DNA from: Terriglobia bacterium
GTDB lineage: Bacteria > Acidobacteriota > Polarisedimenticolia > Polarisedimenticolales > JAIQFR01
Direction: 5' to 3'
DNA length: 64,000 nucleotides
Assembly (NCBI GenBank): GCA_963748015.1
Contig: CAVVHE010000008.1
Location: 670,070-734,069, forward strand
Of the stretch, positions 44,958 to 53,509 are shown one piece after another. Numbering within the stretch: position 1 is the stretch's first letter; each line of letters opens with the position of its first letter. A program made the translations under genes and the position numbers. The notes under the pieces are model-generated. The model was not told the DNA's origin and ran no database searches. It saw only the letters and a program-made list of their open reading frames with translations.

Positions 44958-45656
44958 ATGATTCGAGTACCCGCAAGATTCCCCATCCCGAGACCCCCGC
45001 AGGCGGTGCTGTTCGACATGGACGGCGTCCTGGTGGACACGTTCGACGCCTGGGTCGCGGTGCTCGACGAGTGCCGCGAGAGGCGGGGCATGGCGCCGCT
45101 CGGGCCGGGCCCGGTGCGCGCCTGCTGGGGCCAGGGGCTCAAGGCGGACTGCGAGACGCTCTTTCCGGGCGAATCGCCCGAGATCCTGGCCCGCGAGTAC
45201 GACGAGGGGTTCGAGCGGCACCTCGGAAAGGTCCGGGGCGAGCACGGGGTCGGCGAGACCGTCAGGGCGCTCCGCGCCGCCGGCCTCGAGACCGCCGTCG
45301 TCACCAACAGCCCGGCGGCGCTCGCGCGCCGCATCCTCCGCCTCCTCGACCTCGAGAGCGGTTTCGACGCGGTGGCGGGCGGCGACGAGGTCCCGCGCGG
45401 CAAGCCCGACCCCGACCTCGTGACGCTCGCCCTCGACCGCCTCGGCTGCCCGCCCCGCCTCGCCGTCCTCGTCGGGGACACCCTGCTCGACGTCACCGCC
45501 TCGCGCGCCGCCTCCGTCCCCGTCGTCGGCTACAAGCTGGATGGCGGCGACGCCCGCATCGACCGCCTCGTCGACCTGCTCCCGCTCCTCGGCGTCGCCG
45601 GGGAGGAGGGGGGAGGGCTCGAGTCCCGCCTCCGGCACTTCGCCTTCGGCTCGTGA
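44958..45656 (+). CDS. HAD-superfamily hydrolase (phosphoglycolate phosphatase-like)
   Basis: Motif I LFDMDGVLVDT, motif II VVTNS, motif III/IV KPDPD...VGDTLLD. Confidence 0.85.
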   Translation: MIRVPARFPIPRPPQAVLFDMDGVLVDTFDAWVAVLDECRERRGMAPLGPGPVRACWGQGLKADCETLFPGESPEILAREYDEGFERHLGKVRGEHGVGETVRALRAAGLETAVVTNSPAALARRILRLLDLESGFDAVAGGDEVPRGKPDPDLVTLALDRLGCPPRLAVLVGDTLLDVTASRAASVPVVGYKLDGGDARIDRLVDLLPLLGVAGEEGGGLESRLRHFAFGS

Positions 45657-45678
45657 CCGGCCCCGCGGCGGGGCCGGC

Positions 45679-45729
45679 TTGACCCCTGCCCTGCCCGCGT
45701 GGTATGAAAACTGTCACGAACGTAATACC
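45679..45729 (+). promoter_or_regulatory. Candidate sigma70-type promoter with overlapping NikR-operator-like inverted repeat
   Basis: TTGACC (45679-45684), 18-nt spacer, TATGAA (45703-45708, preceded by TGG). GGTATGA-N15-TAATACC (45701-45729) resembles the E. coli NikR operator GTATGA-N16-TCATAC. It lies 10 nt upstream of the nikR ATG. Confidence 0.45.
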
Positions 45730-45738
45730 GGAGGAGCG

Positions 45739-46176
45739 ATGGAGCTCGAGCGAATCAGCCTTGCCATCGAAAAGGACCTCGTCGAGCAGTTCGACGCGCT
45801 CGTGGCCCGGGCCGGGAAGGGGAATCGTTCGGAGGCGATTCGCGACCTGATCCGGAAGCGCCTCGTGGAGGAGGAGTGGGAGCGGGGGAAGAAGGAGGCC
45901 GTCGCGACCCTCACGCTGGTCTACGATCACGGCAAGCGCGAGCTCTCCGACCGGCTCGTGGGCGCGGGACACGATCACCACCACCGGGTCCTCGCGACGT
46001 TGCACGTCCACCTGGACCACGACCTGTGCCTCGAGGTGATGGCCCTGCGCGGGAAGCCGGCGGACCTCCGCCACATCTCGGAGCATCTGATCGGCTTGAA
46101 GGGCGTCAAGCACGGTCAACTGGTGATGAGCTCGGCGAGCGTGGGAGGTCCCGAGCCGAGAGGGGGAAGGCGATGA
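45739..46176 (+). CDS. nikR: Nickel-responsive transcriptional regulator NikR
   Basis: GGAGGAGCG-ATG. Ribbon-helix-helix N-terminus (ERISLAIEKDLVEQFDALV...GNRSEAIRDLIR). C-terminal metal-binding domain with His cluster (HDHHH...H.H..H..C). Confidence 0.9.
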   Translation: MELERISLAIEKDLVEQFDALVARAGKGNRSEAIRDLIRKRLVEEEWERGKKEAVATLTLVYDHGKRELSDRLVGAGHDHHHRVLATLHVHLDHDLCLEVMALRGKPADLRHISEHLIGLKGVKHGQLVMSSASVGGPEPRGGRR

Positions 46177-46277
46177 CTCGACCCGCGGGTCTGCCGGGAG
46201 GCGTCGGGGCGGACGCCACGGCCCCGCGTTCCGGCGATGCGCCCAAGGCCGCGGCGCACTGAGGCTCGGAGGATCCG

Positions 46278-47222
46278 ATGCACATTCCCGACGGCTTCCT
46301 CGGCCCCGGTGTCGCGGTCTCGACGTGGGCGGTCGCCGGCGGGAGCATCGCGCTCGCCCTGCGCGCCGAGCGTTACGACGCCGCGCCGATGCCGGCGGGG
46401 ATCCTCGGCTCGGTGGCGGCGTTCCTGTTCGCCGCGCAGATGGTGAACGTCCCCGTCGCGCCGGGCACTAGCGGTCACCTGGTCGGGGGCATGCTGGCGG
46501 CGGTGCTGCTCGGGCCTTGGCGCGCGATGCTGGCCATGGCGACCGTTCTCGCGGTGCAGGCTCTGCTCTTCCAGGACGGCGGCATCACGGCGTTCGGCGC
46601 CAACTTCATCGACATGGGGGTGGCGGGGTGTGTCGTGGGCTACGCGGTCGCCCACCTGGCGAGCCGGCGGATCCGCGGACCTCGGGGCGTCGCGGCCGGA
46701 GCGGTCCTGGGTGCGTTCGCCTCCACCGTCTGCGGGGCCGCGCTGGTGGCGGCCTGGCTGAGCCTGTCCGGCTTGTACCCGCTGCGGGGCATCCTGCCCG
46801 TGATGCTCGTGACCCACGTCGCGATCGGCCTGCTCGAGGCGGCGCTGACCGGCGCGATTCTCGTCACGATCCTGAAGTGGCGGCCGGATCTCGCGCTCGG
46901 CATCGGCGCCGCGCCCGCGGAGCGAAGGCCGATGGCGCTCGGGGTCGGGGTCCTCGGCGTGGCGCTCCTCGTCGCCGCGTTCGTCGCGCCCTTCGCGTCG
47001 TCGCTTCCCGACGGGCTGGACAAGACCGCGCAGGCGCTCGGATTTGCCGAGCGGGCCCGCGCTCTCTGGCCCGCGCCCATGCCGGAATACGGACTCCCCT
47101 GGGCAAGGCTGGCGGTCGTGGCGCCGGCCGTGGCGGGCATCATCGGCACGCTCGCCGTGGCGATCCTGGCCTGGGCGATCAGCCGGTCCCTGGCGATCCG
47201 CGACGATGCGTCCCATCGCTAG
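46278..47222 (+). CDS. nikMN: ECF-type Ni/Co transporter substrate component, CbiM/NikM fused to a PDGLE (CbiN/NikN-like) segment
   Basis: N-terminal MHIPDGFL (metal-binding N-terminus of CbiM/NikM), 7 TMs, C-terminal SSLPDGLDKTAQALGF plus a final TM. Nickel assignment is inferred from the adjacent nikR. Confidence 0.8.
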   Translation: MHIPDGFLGPGVAVSTWAVAGGSIALALRAERYDAAPMPAGILGSVAAFLFAAQMVNVPVAPGTSGHLVGGMLAAVLLGPWRAMLAMATVLAVQALLFQDGGITAFGANFIDMGVAGCVVGYAVAHLASRRIRGPRGVAAGAVLGAFASTVCGAALVAAWLSLSGLYPLRGILPVMLVTHVAIGLLEAALTGAILVTILKWRPDLALGIGAAPAERRPMALGVGVLGVALLVAAFVAPFASSLPDGLDKTAQALGFAERARALWPAPMPEYGLPWARLAVVAPAVAGIIGTLAVAILAWAISRSLAIRDDASHR

Positions 47223-47841
47223 GCCGGGGGCCGTCCTGGCGGCGGGGCTCCTCGTCGTCGTGTGCGCGGCGCTCTTGCCGGCCGGGCTCGACGGCCGGCG
47301 GGTTCCGGCGTCGAGCTGGATCTCCTGGACCGTCGTCCTGATCGGATCCCTCGCGGTCCTCTACGCCGCGAACGCGAGCGTCGTCAAGGCGGTGCGCGGC
47401 ATGGCCTGGCTCCTGCCGACCGTCTTGCTGCTCACGCTGCCCGCGGTGGCGTTCGCCGCCGGGGGAAGGGGGGCCGGCGTCGCCCTGGCCCTCGTCCTGC
47501 GCGCGTTGACCGCCGCGACCGCGGGCCTCGCGACCGTCACCGCCCTCGGCCCGTGCGGGCTCGTTCACGGTCTCCGGTCGCTGCGCGTTCCATCGCGCCT
47601 CGTCGAGATCGTCCACGCCATGCTGGTCGGTCTCGCCGCCATCGGGCGGCAGGTCTCGGGCATGCTGCGGGCGCGCGCCGCTCGACGCACGAGCCACGCG
47701 CCGTGGTCGGCGCTGGCCGCAGCGCCGATCGAGACGCTGCGGGGTTTCGGACGCCTGATCGGCGCGCTGCTCCTGCGCTCCATCGAGCGCGCGGAGTCGC
47801 TCGAGCGGGCCCGCCGCGCCCGCGGAGGGCTCGACGCATGA
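47206..47841 (+). CDS. nikQ: ECF transporter transmembrane (T) component, CbiQ/NikQ-like
   Basis: 211 aa, about 5 TMs. C-terminal ...RGFGRLIGALLLRSIERAESLERARRARG (conserved Arg-rich coupling helices of EcfT/CbiQ). The start (ATG 47206) is uncertain. Confidence 0.7.
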   Translation: MRPIARPGAVLAAGLLVVVCAALLPAGLDGRRVPASSWISWTVVLIGSLAVLYAANASVVKAVRGMAWLLPTVLLLTLPAVAFAAGGRGAGVALALVLRALTAATAGLATVTALGPCGLVHGLRSLRVPSRLVEIVHAMLVGLAAIGRQVSGMLRARAARRTSHAPWSALAAAPIETLRGFGRLIGALLLRSIERAESLERARRARGGLDA

Positions 47842-48614
47842 CGGCGCCCGCGCGACCGGTGGCGGTAGCGGTCGACCGGCTCGACTATCACTATCCCGAC
47901 GGCGTCGGCGCGCTCTCCGGCGTTCGGATCTCGGTCGAGCCCGGTGAGCGGGTCGGGCTCCTCGGCCCGAACGGGGCCGGCAAGTCGACGCTCCTCCTGC
48001 ACCTCGCCGCGCTGCTGCCCGAGCGCCAGCGCTACGCGCACCGGCACGCCCTCTCGGACGTCGTGCACCGCCACGACGCGGCTCCCCACGTCACGATCGA
48101 CGGGATCGCGGTCTCCTCGAAGACGGTCCGCGAGATCCGCGAGCGGGTCGGGATCGTCTTCAGCGATCCGGACGACCAGCTCATCGGCCTGACGGTCCGG
48201 GAGGAGGTCGAGTTCGGTCCTCGCACCCGCCGGTGGCCCGAGGCGGAGATCGACGACGTGGTGACCGAGGCGCTCGACGCGGCCGGGCTCGCCGGCTTCG
48301 AGCACCGCTCGCCGCATCATCTCTCCGCCGGGGAGAAGCGGCGGCTTTGCATCGCGGGCGTGCTGGCGTGCCGTCCGGGGCTACTGCTCCTGGACGAGCC
48401 GTCGGGCGGGCTCGATCCGCGGGGGCGCCGGGAGCTCGGGGACCTGCTCCGGGGCCTCCGGGCAACCCAGGTCGTGGCGTCGCACGATCTCGAGTTCGTG
48501 GCGCGGCTGTGCTCGCGGGTCGTGATCCTGGATCGAGGCTCCGTCGTCGCGCAGGGAGACACTCCGGCGATTCTCTCCGACCGGTCTCTACTGAGGCGGC
48601 ACGGCCTCGAATGA
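47838..48614 (+). CDS. nikO: ECF transporter ATPase, CbiO/NikO-like
   Basis: ATG overlaps the nikQ stop. Walker A GPNGAGKST, signature LSAGEKRRLCIA, Walker B LLLLDEPSGGLD, H-loop ASHDL. Confidence 0.9.
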   Translation: MTAPARPVAVAVDRLDYHYPDGVGALSGVRISVEPGERVGLLGPNGAGKSTLLLHLAALLPERQRYAHRHALSDVVHRHDAAPHVTIDGIAVSSKTVREIRERVGIVFSDPDDQLIGLTVREEVEFGPRTRRWPEAEIDDVVTEALDAAGLAGFEHRSPHHLSAGEKRRLCIAGVLACRPGLLLLDEPSGGLDPRGRRELGDLLRGLRATQVVASHDLEFVARLCSRVVILDRGSVVAQGDTPAILSDRSLLRRHGLE

Positions 48615-48650
48615 ACCCCTGACCACGGTGAGCCGCGGAGCCGCCTCGCG

Positions 48651-50105
48651 TCAGGGTGCTGTGGTCTTGCCCGCCTGCGGCGCGGGGCGGGTCCTCGCGA
48701 GAATCCACTGCGAGATCGTGTCGAGGAATCCCGGCACGAACTCCTTCTTGAGGGTGGCGTACTCCGACACGCCGCCGGTGACGGCGGCCTGGTAGAGGTG
48801 ATTGGCGCCCGCGAAGACTTTCACGGTGACGTCGGGATTCCCTCCCTTCGCGAGGGCCGCGACGATGGCCAACCGGTTCGGCTCGGCGGGGACCTGCAGG
48901 TCCTTCTCGCCGAGGAGGACGAGCACCGGGCACTTCACCTTCTCGAGGGTCGGCGCCGGGTCGTAGTCGAGGAAGAACTTGAACCAGGGGCTCTTCGCCA
49001 TCGCGAGCGGCCCCTCGATCATCATGTCCGCGTACCGGTCCGGGTCCGGGATCGTCTTCCGCTGGGCCTCGGACATCTTCGCGAAGCGCGCGAGCGCCGC
49101 GTTCTTCAAGTCGGCGCGCGCGTCCTCCCAGCCTTTCCCCGAGCGAATCGCGGCGAAGATCTTCTTCTGGATTTCCCGCTCCTGCGCGACCTCCTGCTCG
49201 GAGGAGCCCCCGGCGCGGCCGATCAGCTCGGCTTGCTCGAGGAGGATCTTCTCGCCGGTGACCCCCATGCCGGACATCAGCACGACGAACGCGACGCCGC
49301 CCTTCCTCGCCGCGACCATCGGAGCGACGATCCCGCCCTCGCTGTGGCCGAGGAGGCCGATCCGCGCGGGATCGATCTCAGGGCGGGACTTGAGGAACGC
49401 GACGGCGGCCGCGGCGTCGCCCGCGAAGCTCTCCGTGGTCGCCCGGAGGGAACTGCCCGTGGATGCGCCGACGCCGCGGTCGTCGTAGCGGAGGACGGCG
49501 ATCCCGCTCCGCGTCAGGTGGTCGGCGAGGAGCTTGAACGGCTTGAAGCCGAAGATCTCCTCGTCGCGGTTCTGCGGCCCGCTCCCCGTGATCAGGACCA
49601 CGGCCGCGAAGGGGCCGCCGCTCGGAGGAATCGTGAGGGTTCCCGCGAGCGTCGCTTCTTCCCCGTTCTTGAACTTCACCTCCTCCTGCCTGTACGGAGG
49701 AGGCGCCTCCTTCGGAGGCTCGGGCTTGGCCGCCGTGCCGCGCTTCAGGCGGAACGTTCCCTCCGCACCGGCCTGGAGGAACTTCCCGGCGATCTCGTCC
49801 CCCTTCACCTCTCCGTCGAACGTCGCGACGCCGGGACCGGCGGGCAGCTCGAAGTGGATCTTGGGCGCGTCGTAGCGGAGGCTCGAGAGAGGAAGAGCCA
49901 TCGCTCCCTGGATGGGGATGTCGATGGTGGCCGCGAGGCCGCCCTGCGCGGACTGGAAGTCCACCTTGATCTCGAGGTCCACTCCCATCACGGTGATGGC
50001 TCCCTCGAAGTGGCCTGCGGGCGCGGGCTCGGCCGACGAGAGGGGCGGAGCGGCGAGCAGCAGCGCCGCGCCCAGGAGGAGCAGGACCGGACCTCGCATC
50101 TTCAT
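48651..50105 (-). CDS. Secreted alpha/beta hydrolase with N-terminal beta-rich domain
   Basis: Signal peptide. Nucleophile elbow GHSEGG. GEKDLQVP and ANHLY blocks consistent with the Asp/His of the triad. Confidence 0.8.
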   Translation of the reverse strand: MKMRGPVLLLLGAALLLAAPPLSSAEPAPAGHFEGAITVMGVDLEIKVDFQSAQGGLAATIDIPIQGAMALPLSSLRYDAPKIHFELPAGPGVATFDGEVKGDEIAGKFLQAGAEGTFRLKRGTAAKPEPPKEAPPPYRQEEVKFKNGEEATLAGTLTIPPSGGPFAAVVLITGSGPQNRDEEIFGFKPFKLLADHLTRSGIAVLRYDDRGVGASTGSSLRATTESFAGDAAAAVAFLKSRPEIDPARIGLLGHSEGGIVAPMVAARKGGVAFVVLMSGMGVTGEKILLEQAELIGRAGGSSEQEVAQEREIQKKIFAAIRSGKGWEDARADLKNAALARFAKMSEAQRKTIPDPDRYADMMIEGPLAMAKSPWFKFFLDYDPAPTLEKVKCPVLVLLGEKDLQVPAEPNRLAIVAALAKGGNPDVTVKVFAGANHLYQAAVTGGVSEYATLKKEFVPGFLDTISQWILARTRPAPQAGKTTAP

Positions 50106-50138
50106 CGGTGCACTCCCTGCCGGCCGGTGCCGCCGGCG

Positions 50139-51248
50139 TCAGTTGGTCAGCGTCGCCACGATCGCGAGCAGGAGGACGAGCGCGACGAGTCCCCCCACGA
50201 GCGCGACCGCCTTCGGGTTCCCGAAGTTGATCGTGTAGCCGATGCCGAATCGCCGCTCGACCAGGAACGAAGGGTCGTCGCGGTTCACGTAGAACATGCC
50301 GAGGACCCACTGCCGGTTGTCGGCGAGGCCGTTGGTCAGCGGGGTGTCGTTGCGCGCTTGCTCGAGCCGCGCACCCCCCTGGCCGTAGCGCAGCGCGAGG
50401 TAGATCCCGCCTCCCACCGCGTAGACGGCCACCAGGATGGCCACGACGGGCATCGCGGAGGGCAGCCTGCGGCTCGCTCCGAGCCCGACACGGATGGATC
50501 CGACGGTGATCAGGGTCAGCATGGCGATGGCGAGGAGCGACACGCCGCACAGGTAGCGGGTCACGGCGGCGCGGAAGCGGAGCTGGGCCTCGAGCGAGGT
50601 CCGCTCGGCGGAGCGCCTCAGCGCCCTCTTCGCGTGAGCGGTGAGCCAGGCCATGCCGCCGAGGAACGTCCCGATCACCAGCACCATGATCGGCAGGAGC
50701 ATCACGGTGAAGAACGACTTCGGCCGGAAGGCATCCGGCTCGCCCGAAGGGCCGAAGTGCGTCGGGATCGTGCCGGGCAGCTCCGCGTAGTGGGCCCAGG
50801 CGTACGCGATGACGAACGCGCCGCAGGCGACCCCCGCCGCGAGCGTCAGCGCGGGAAGCCAGGCGCTCGTTCCCGGGGTCTCGAACAGCGGCGCGACGGC
50901 CGGGGGCGGGGGGCCCGGCGACGCGAGCGCCCTCGCGCGGAAGTACGCTCGGAAGTAGAGAGCCAGGAAGGCCAGGAGCTGGATGTGCACCGGCACGACG
51001 ACCGCCCACGGCTCGGGGGCGGACAGCGCGAGGATCGCGCCGAGAGCGACGCAGGCGGCGAGCGAGGCGAAGATCCCCCGATTCCAGCCCCGGGTGATCG
51101 CGAGCGCCGCTTCCCCCTCGGACGTCGCCTCCCCGACGTACACGCCGAACAGCAACCCCTTGCGCACGACGCGGGGGTAGAGCAGCGCGAAGCCCCCGAC
51201 CAGCAGGTTCTCGAACAGGGACACGGCCAGGAGGACCCACGGCTTCAT
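50139..51248 (-). CDS. Membrane protein with DUF1648-like and DUF5808-like regions
   Basis: LPGTIPTHFGPSGEPDAFRPK (DUF1648-type motif). C-terminal RFGIGYTINFGNPKA (DUF5808-type). About 9 TMs. SD GGAGGAGGG lies inside the end of the upstream GntR gene. Confidence 0.6.
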   Translation of the reverse strand: MKPWVLLAVSLFENLLVGGFALLYPRVVRKGLLFGVYVGEATSEGEAALAITRGWNRGIFASLAACVALGAILALSAPEPWAVVVPVHIQLLAFLALYFRAYFRARALASPGPPPPAVAPLFETPGTSAWLPALTLAAGVACGAFVIAYAWAHYAELPGTIPTHFGPSGEPDAFRPKSFFTVMLLPIMVLVIGTFLGGMAWLTAHAKRALRRSAERTSLEAQLRFRAAVTRYLCGVSLLAIAMLTLITVGSIRVGLGASRRLPSAMPVVAILVAVYAVGGGIYLALRYGQGGARLEQARNDTPLTNGLADNRQWVLGMFYVNRDDPSFLVERRFGIGYTINFGNPKAVALVGGLVALVLLLAIVATLTN

Positions 51249-51252
51249 GGAA

Positions 51253-51669
51253 TCAACCCTCCTCCCCGGCGCGCCCGGCCGCGAGTGCCGCGATCTCGCG
51301 CTCCGCGAGCCGCCGCAGCTCGTCGGGCGGGAAGCCGGCCTGGCGCATCCTCTCCAGCACGTCGCGCAGCGCGCCCCGCAGCCGGTCCCGCGCGGCGGCG
51401 TCGGGGCGGGAGGGGGGCGCCACCACCTCCGCCCCCGAGCGGTGCCGGATCCTCACGAACCCCTCGTCCTCGAGCAGCCGGTAGGCCCGCGCCACGGTGT
51501 TGAGGTTCACGCCGAGGTCCGACGCGAGGGTCCGGACCGGGGGCAGGGACGTTCCCGGGGCCAGGCTGCCGGACGCGATCTGGGCGCGGATCTGCGTGGC
51601 GATCTGCTCGTAGACCGGCTCGTCCGAAGACCAATCGACCGCGAGTACGGCGTCTCTCATCTCGGCCAT
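51253..51669 (-). CDS. GntR-family (YtrA-like, short) transcriptional regulator
   Basis: EPVYEQIATQIRAQIASGSLAPGTSLPPVRTLASDLGVNLNTVARAYRLLEDEGFV (winged HTH of GntR). Short C-terminal helical part. The start may be ATG 51669 or 51660. Confidence 0.85.
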   Translation of the reverse strand: MAEMRDAVLAVDWSSDEPVYEQIATQIRAQIASGSLAPGTSLPPVRTLASDLGVNLNTVARAYRLLEDEGFVRIRHRSGAEVVAPPSRPDAAARDRLRGALRDVLERMRQAGFPPDELRRLAEREIAALAAGRAGEEG

Positions 51670-51693
51670 CTGTATACTATTCAGTATACAGAT
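51668..51693. promoter_or_regulatory. Perfect 11-bp inverted repeat, candidate GntR operator
   Basis: ATCTGTATACT-ATTC-AGTATACAGAT, overlapping or abutting the GntR start codon. It is the most AT-rich palindrome in the window. Confidence 0.55.
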
Positions 51694-51914
51694 TGTCAAG
51701 GGAGCCGGACCGGATCGTGCGGCGCGATTCTCCCGCTCGGTATCGGCAGGCCCAGCGTACCCTCCAGGGATCGTCAAATCTGGGTTGCCAAATCGCAACC
51801 CTGTTCTCATTTCCCGGTGGCCCCTCGAGCACTTTGAGAGTGTATTAATGCCACCGTGATCGTCCGGCGGACCGCGGCCCGAGGCGGGCATGCGCCGGCG
51901 CCGCAAGGCGCCCC

Positions 51915-53153
51915 GTGCCCGCCGGGAGGGGGAGAGAGGCCGCGCGACCGGACACCGAGGATGGGGGCGCGGTGGAACGACAAGAACAGGAGCAGGGGAA
52001 CCGCAAGTTCGGGGAGTACCTCCGCAAGGTCCGGGAGGGCCGCCGTCTCTCGCTGGATTCCGTCGAGGAAATGTCGGCGGGCTTTCCGGAGCGGGTCACC
52101 AAGTCGCACCTCTCGCGAATCGAGAACGGCCTCGCCTATCCGACGTTCACGCGCCTGTTCGCGCTGAGCCGGATCTACGGCGTGCCGATCGCGTCCATCG
52201 CCGAGCGGTTCGACCTGGCGCTCCAGAAGCAGATGGAGCCGCCGGAGGCCGTCTCGAGAACGGGGCCGGAGACGCTTCAGGAAGGGAGGACGCTGGTCCT
52301 GACCGGCCGGTACTCCGAGGCGCTCGCCCTCTTCTCGCGGGCGCTCGATGGAAGGCCCGGCCGCGCGGCCGCGGACGACGAGCCCGGCCTCACCATCGAT
52401 CTGCGGCTGTTCTTCGTGGACTGCCTGGCGCATCTCGGCCGCTACGAGTTCGCGAAGTCCGAGGTGGAGGATCTCCTCGGCCATCCCGCCCTCTCGGACA
52501 AGCAGCGCCTGATGGCCCTTCAGCTGTTCGTGATCTGCTGCTACCGCCTCGGGCGTTACACCGTGGCATTGATGGGGCTCGAGGACGTCGCGCGGCGAAA
52601 GGGGTCGGCGGACGCGCCGCCGGACGTCTGGGCGGCCCTCGAGTCGATCCGGGGCAACGTGCTCCAGTCCATGGGCCGCGTGGAGGGGGCCCTGGCGGCC
52701 CACCGTGCGGCGCTCGCGCTCTACGAGGACGCGGCGATGCGCTTCGAGGCGTGCCGGGCGCGAGTGAACCTGGGCGGTGTGCTGATGGACGCGGGTGACG
52801 CCGAGGCCGCGCGCCGGTACCTCGAGGAAGGGCTGACGGAGGCGGAGTCCTCGGGATACGACCGGCTGCGGGCCGTCGCGCTGAGCCTGCTCGTCATTCT
52901 CTCTTACCTCTCGGGGGACCACCCGGCCGCCGAGGCCTACGCGCTGCGCTCCAACGCCATAGCGAGGCCTCGGGAGTACCTGCCTATCGTCTTCCGGAAT
53001 TGCTACTACCTGTGGAAGATCGCCCACGCTCGAAACGACGCCGCCGGCGTCAGGACGAACGAACGGACCCTTCGCGCCTACGTGGGTCGAATCGAGGAGC
53101 AGATGCCCGAGGTCGAAGCCTATCGTTCCCATGCGTCGGGAGGTGAGGCATGA
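51915..53153 (+). CDS. XRE-family HTH regulator fused to a long TPR-like domain
   Basis: FGEYLRKVREGRRLSLDSVEEMS...SHLSRIENG (XRE HTH), followed by ~300 aa of TPR-like helical repeats. The start may be GTG 51915 or GTG 51972. Confidence 0.75.
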   Translation: MPAGRGREAARPDTEDGGAVERQEQEQGNRKFGEYLRKVREGRRLSLDSVEEMSAGFPERVTKSHLSRIENGLAYPTFTRLFALSRIYGVPIASIAERFDLALQKQMEPPEAVSRTGPETLQEGRTLVLTGRYSEALALFSRALDGRPGRAAADDEPGLTIDLRLFFVDCLAHLGRYEFAKSEVEDLLGHPALSDKQRLMALQLFVICCYRLGRYTVALMGLEDVARRKGSADAPPDVWAALESIRGNVLQSMGRVEGALAAHRAALALYEDAAMRFEACRARVNLGGVLMDAGDAEAARRYLEEGLTEAESSGYDRLRAVALSLLVILSYLSGDHPAAEAYALRSNAIARPREYLPIVFRNCYYLWKIAHARNDAAGVRTNERTLRAYVGRIEEQMPEVEAYRSHASGGEA

Positions 53154-53509
53154 ACTCCCGCAGCCGCGCCGTCAGGGCGCTTCTCCTGACCTGCGCCGTC
53201 GCTCTCGCCTTCCTCCCCTGGCGCCCGGCGCTGGCCGACCTCGGCTCGAAGGCCGACAGGGTGTCCGGTAGCGCCATCACGATCGGGAGAACGGTCCCCC
53301 TCACCGCGATCGGGGACGATCCGGACCCCGTGCCGATGGGTGCTCTCGCTTCGCCCGATCCCGGCCGGCCCGCCGTCGCCCCGTCTCGCTTCGCGGACTG
53401 GAGTCAGCGCCTCGCGATGGTCCTGTCCGCCATCACCGGCGTCCCGCCCTCGACGTGGACGCCTCTTCCGAGCGGCGATTCGTCACCGCGATTGCGCGCG
53501 CAGCATTGA
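53150..53509 (+). CDS. Small secreted protein of unknown function, translationally coupled to the XRE-TPR gene
   Basis: ATG overlaps the upstream stop (ATGA). Signal peptide MNSRSRAVRALLLTCAVALAFLPWRPALA. Third-position GC is high, like real genes here. The last 27 nt overlap the convergent 53483..54748 gene. Confidence 0.5.
   Translation: MNSRSRAVRALLLTCAVALAFLPWRPALADLGSKADRVSGSAITIGRTVPLTAIGDDPDPVPMGALASPDPGRPAVAPSRFADWSQRLAMVLSAITGVPPSTWTPLPSGDSSPRLRAQH

Noticed and set aside
45493-46119. 208-aa minus-strand ORF opposite nikR
   Set aside because: It is antisense to a gene with clear NikR motifs and has an Arg-rich tail, so it is spurious.
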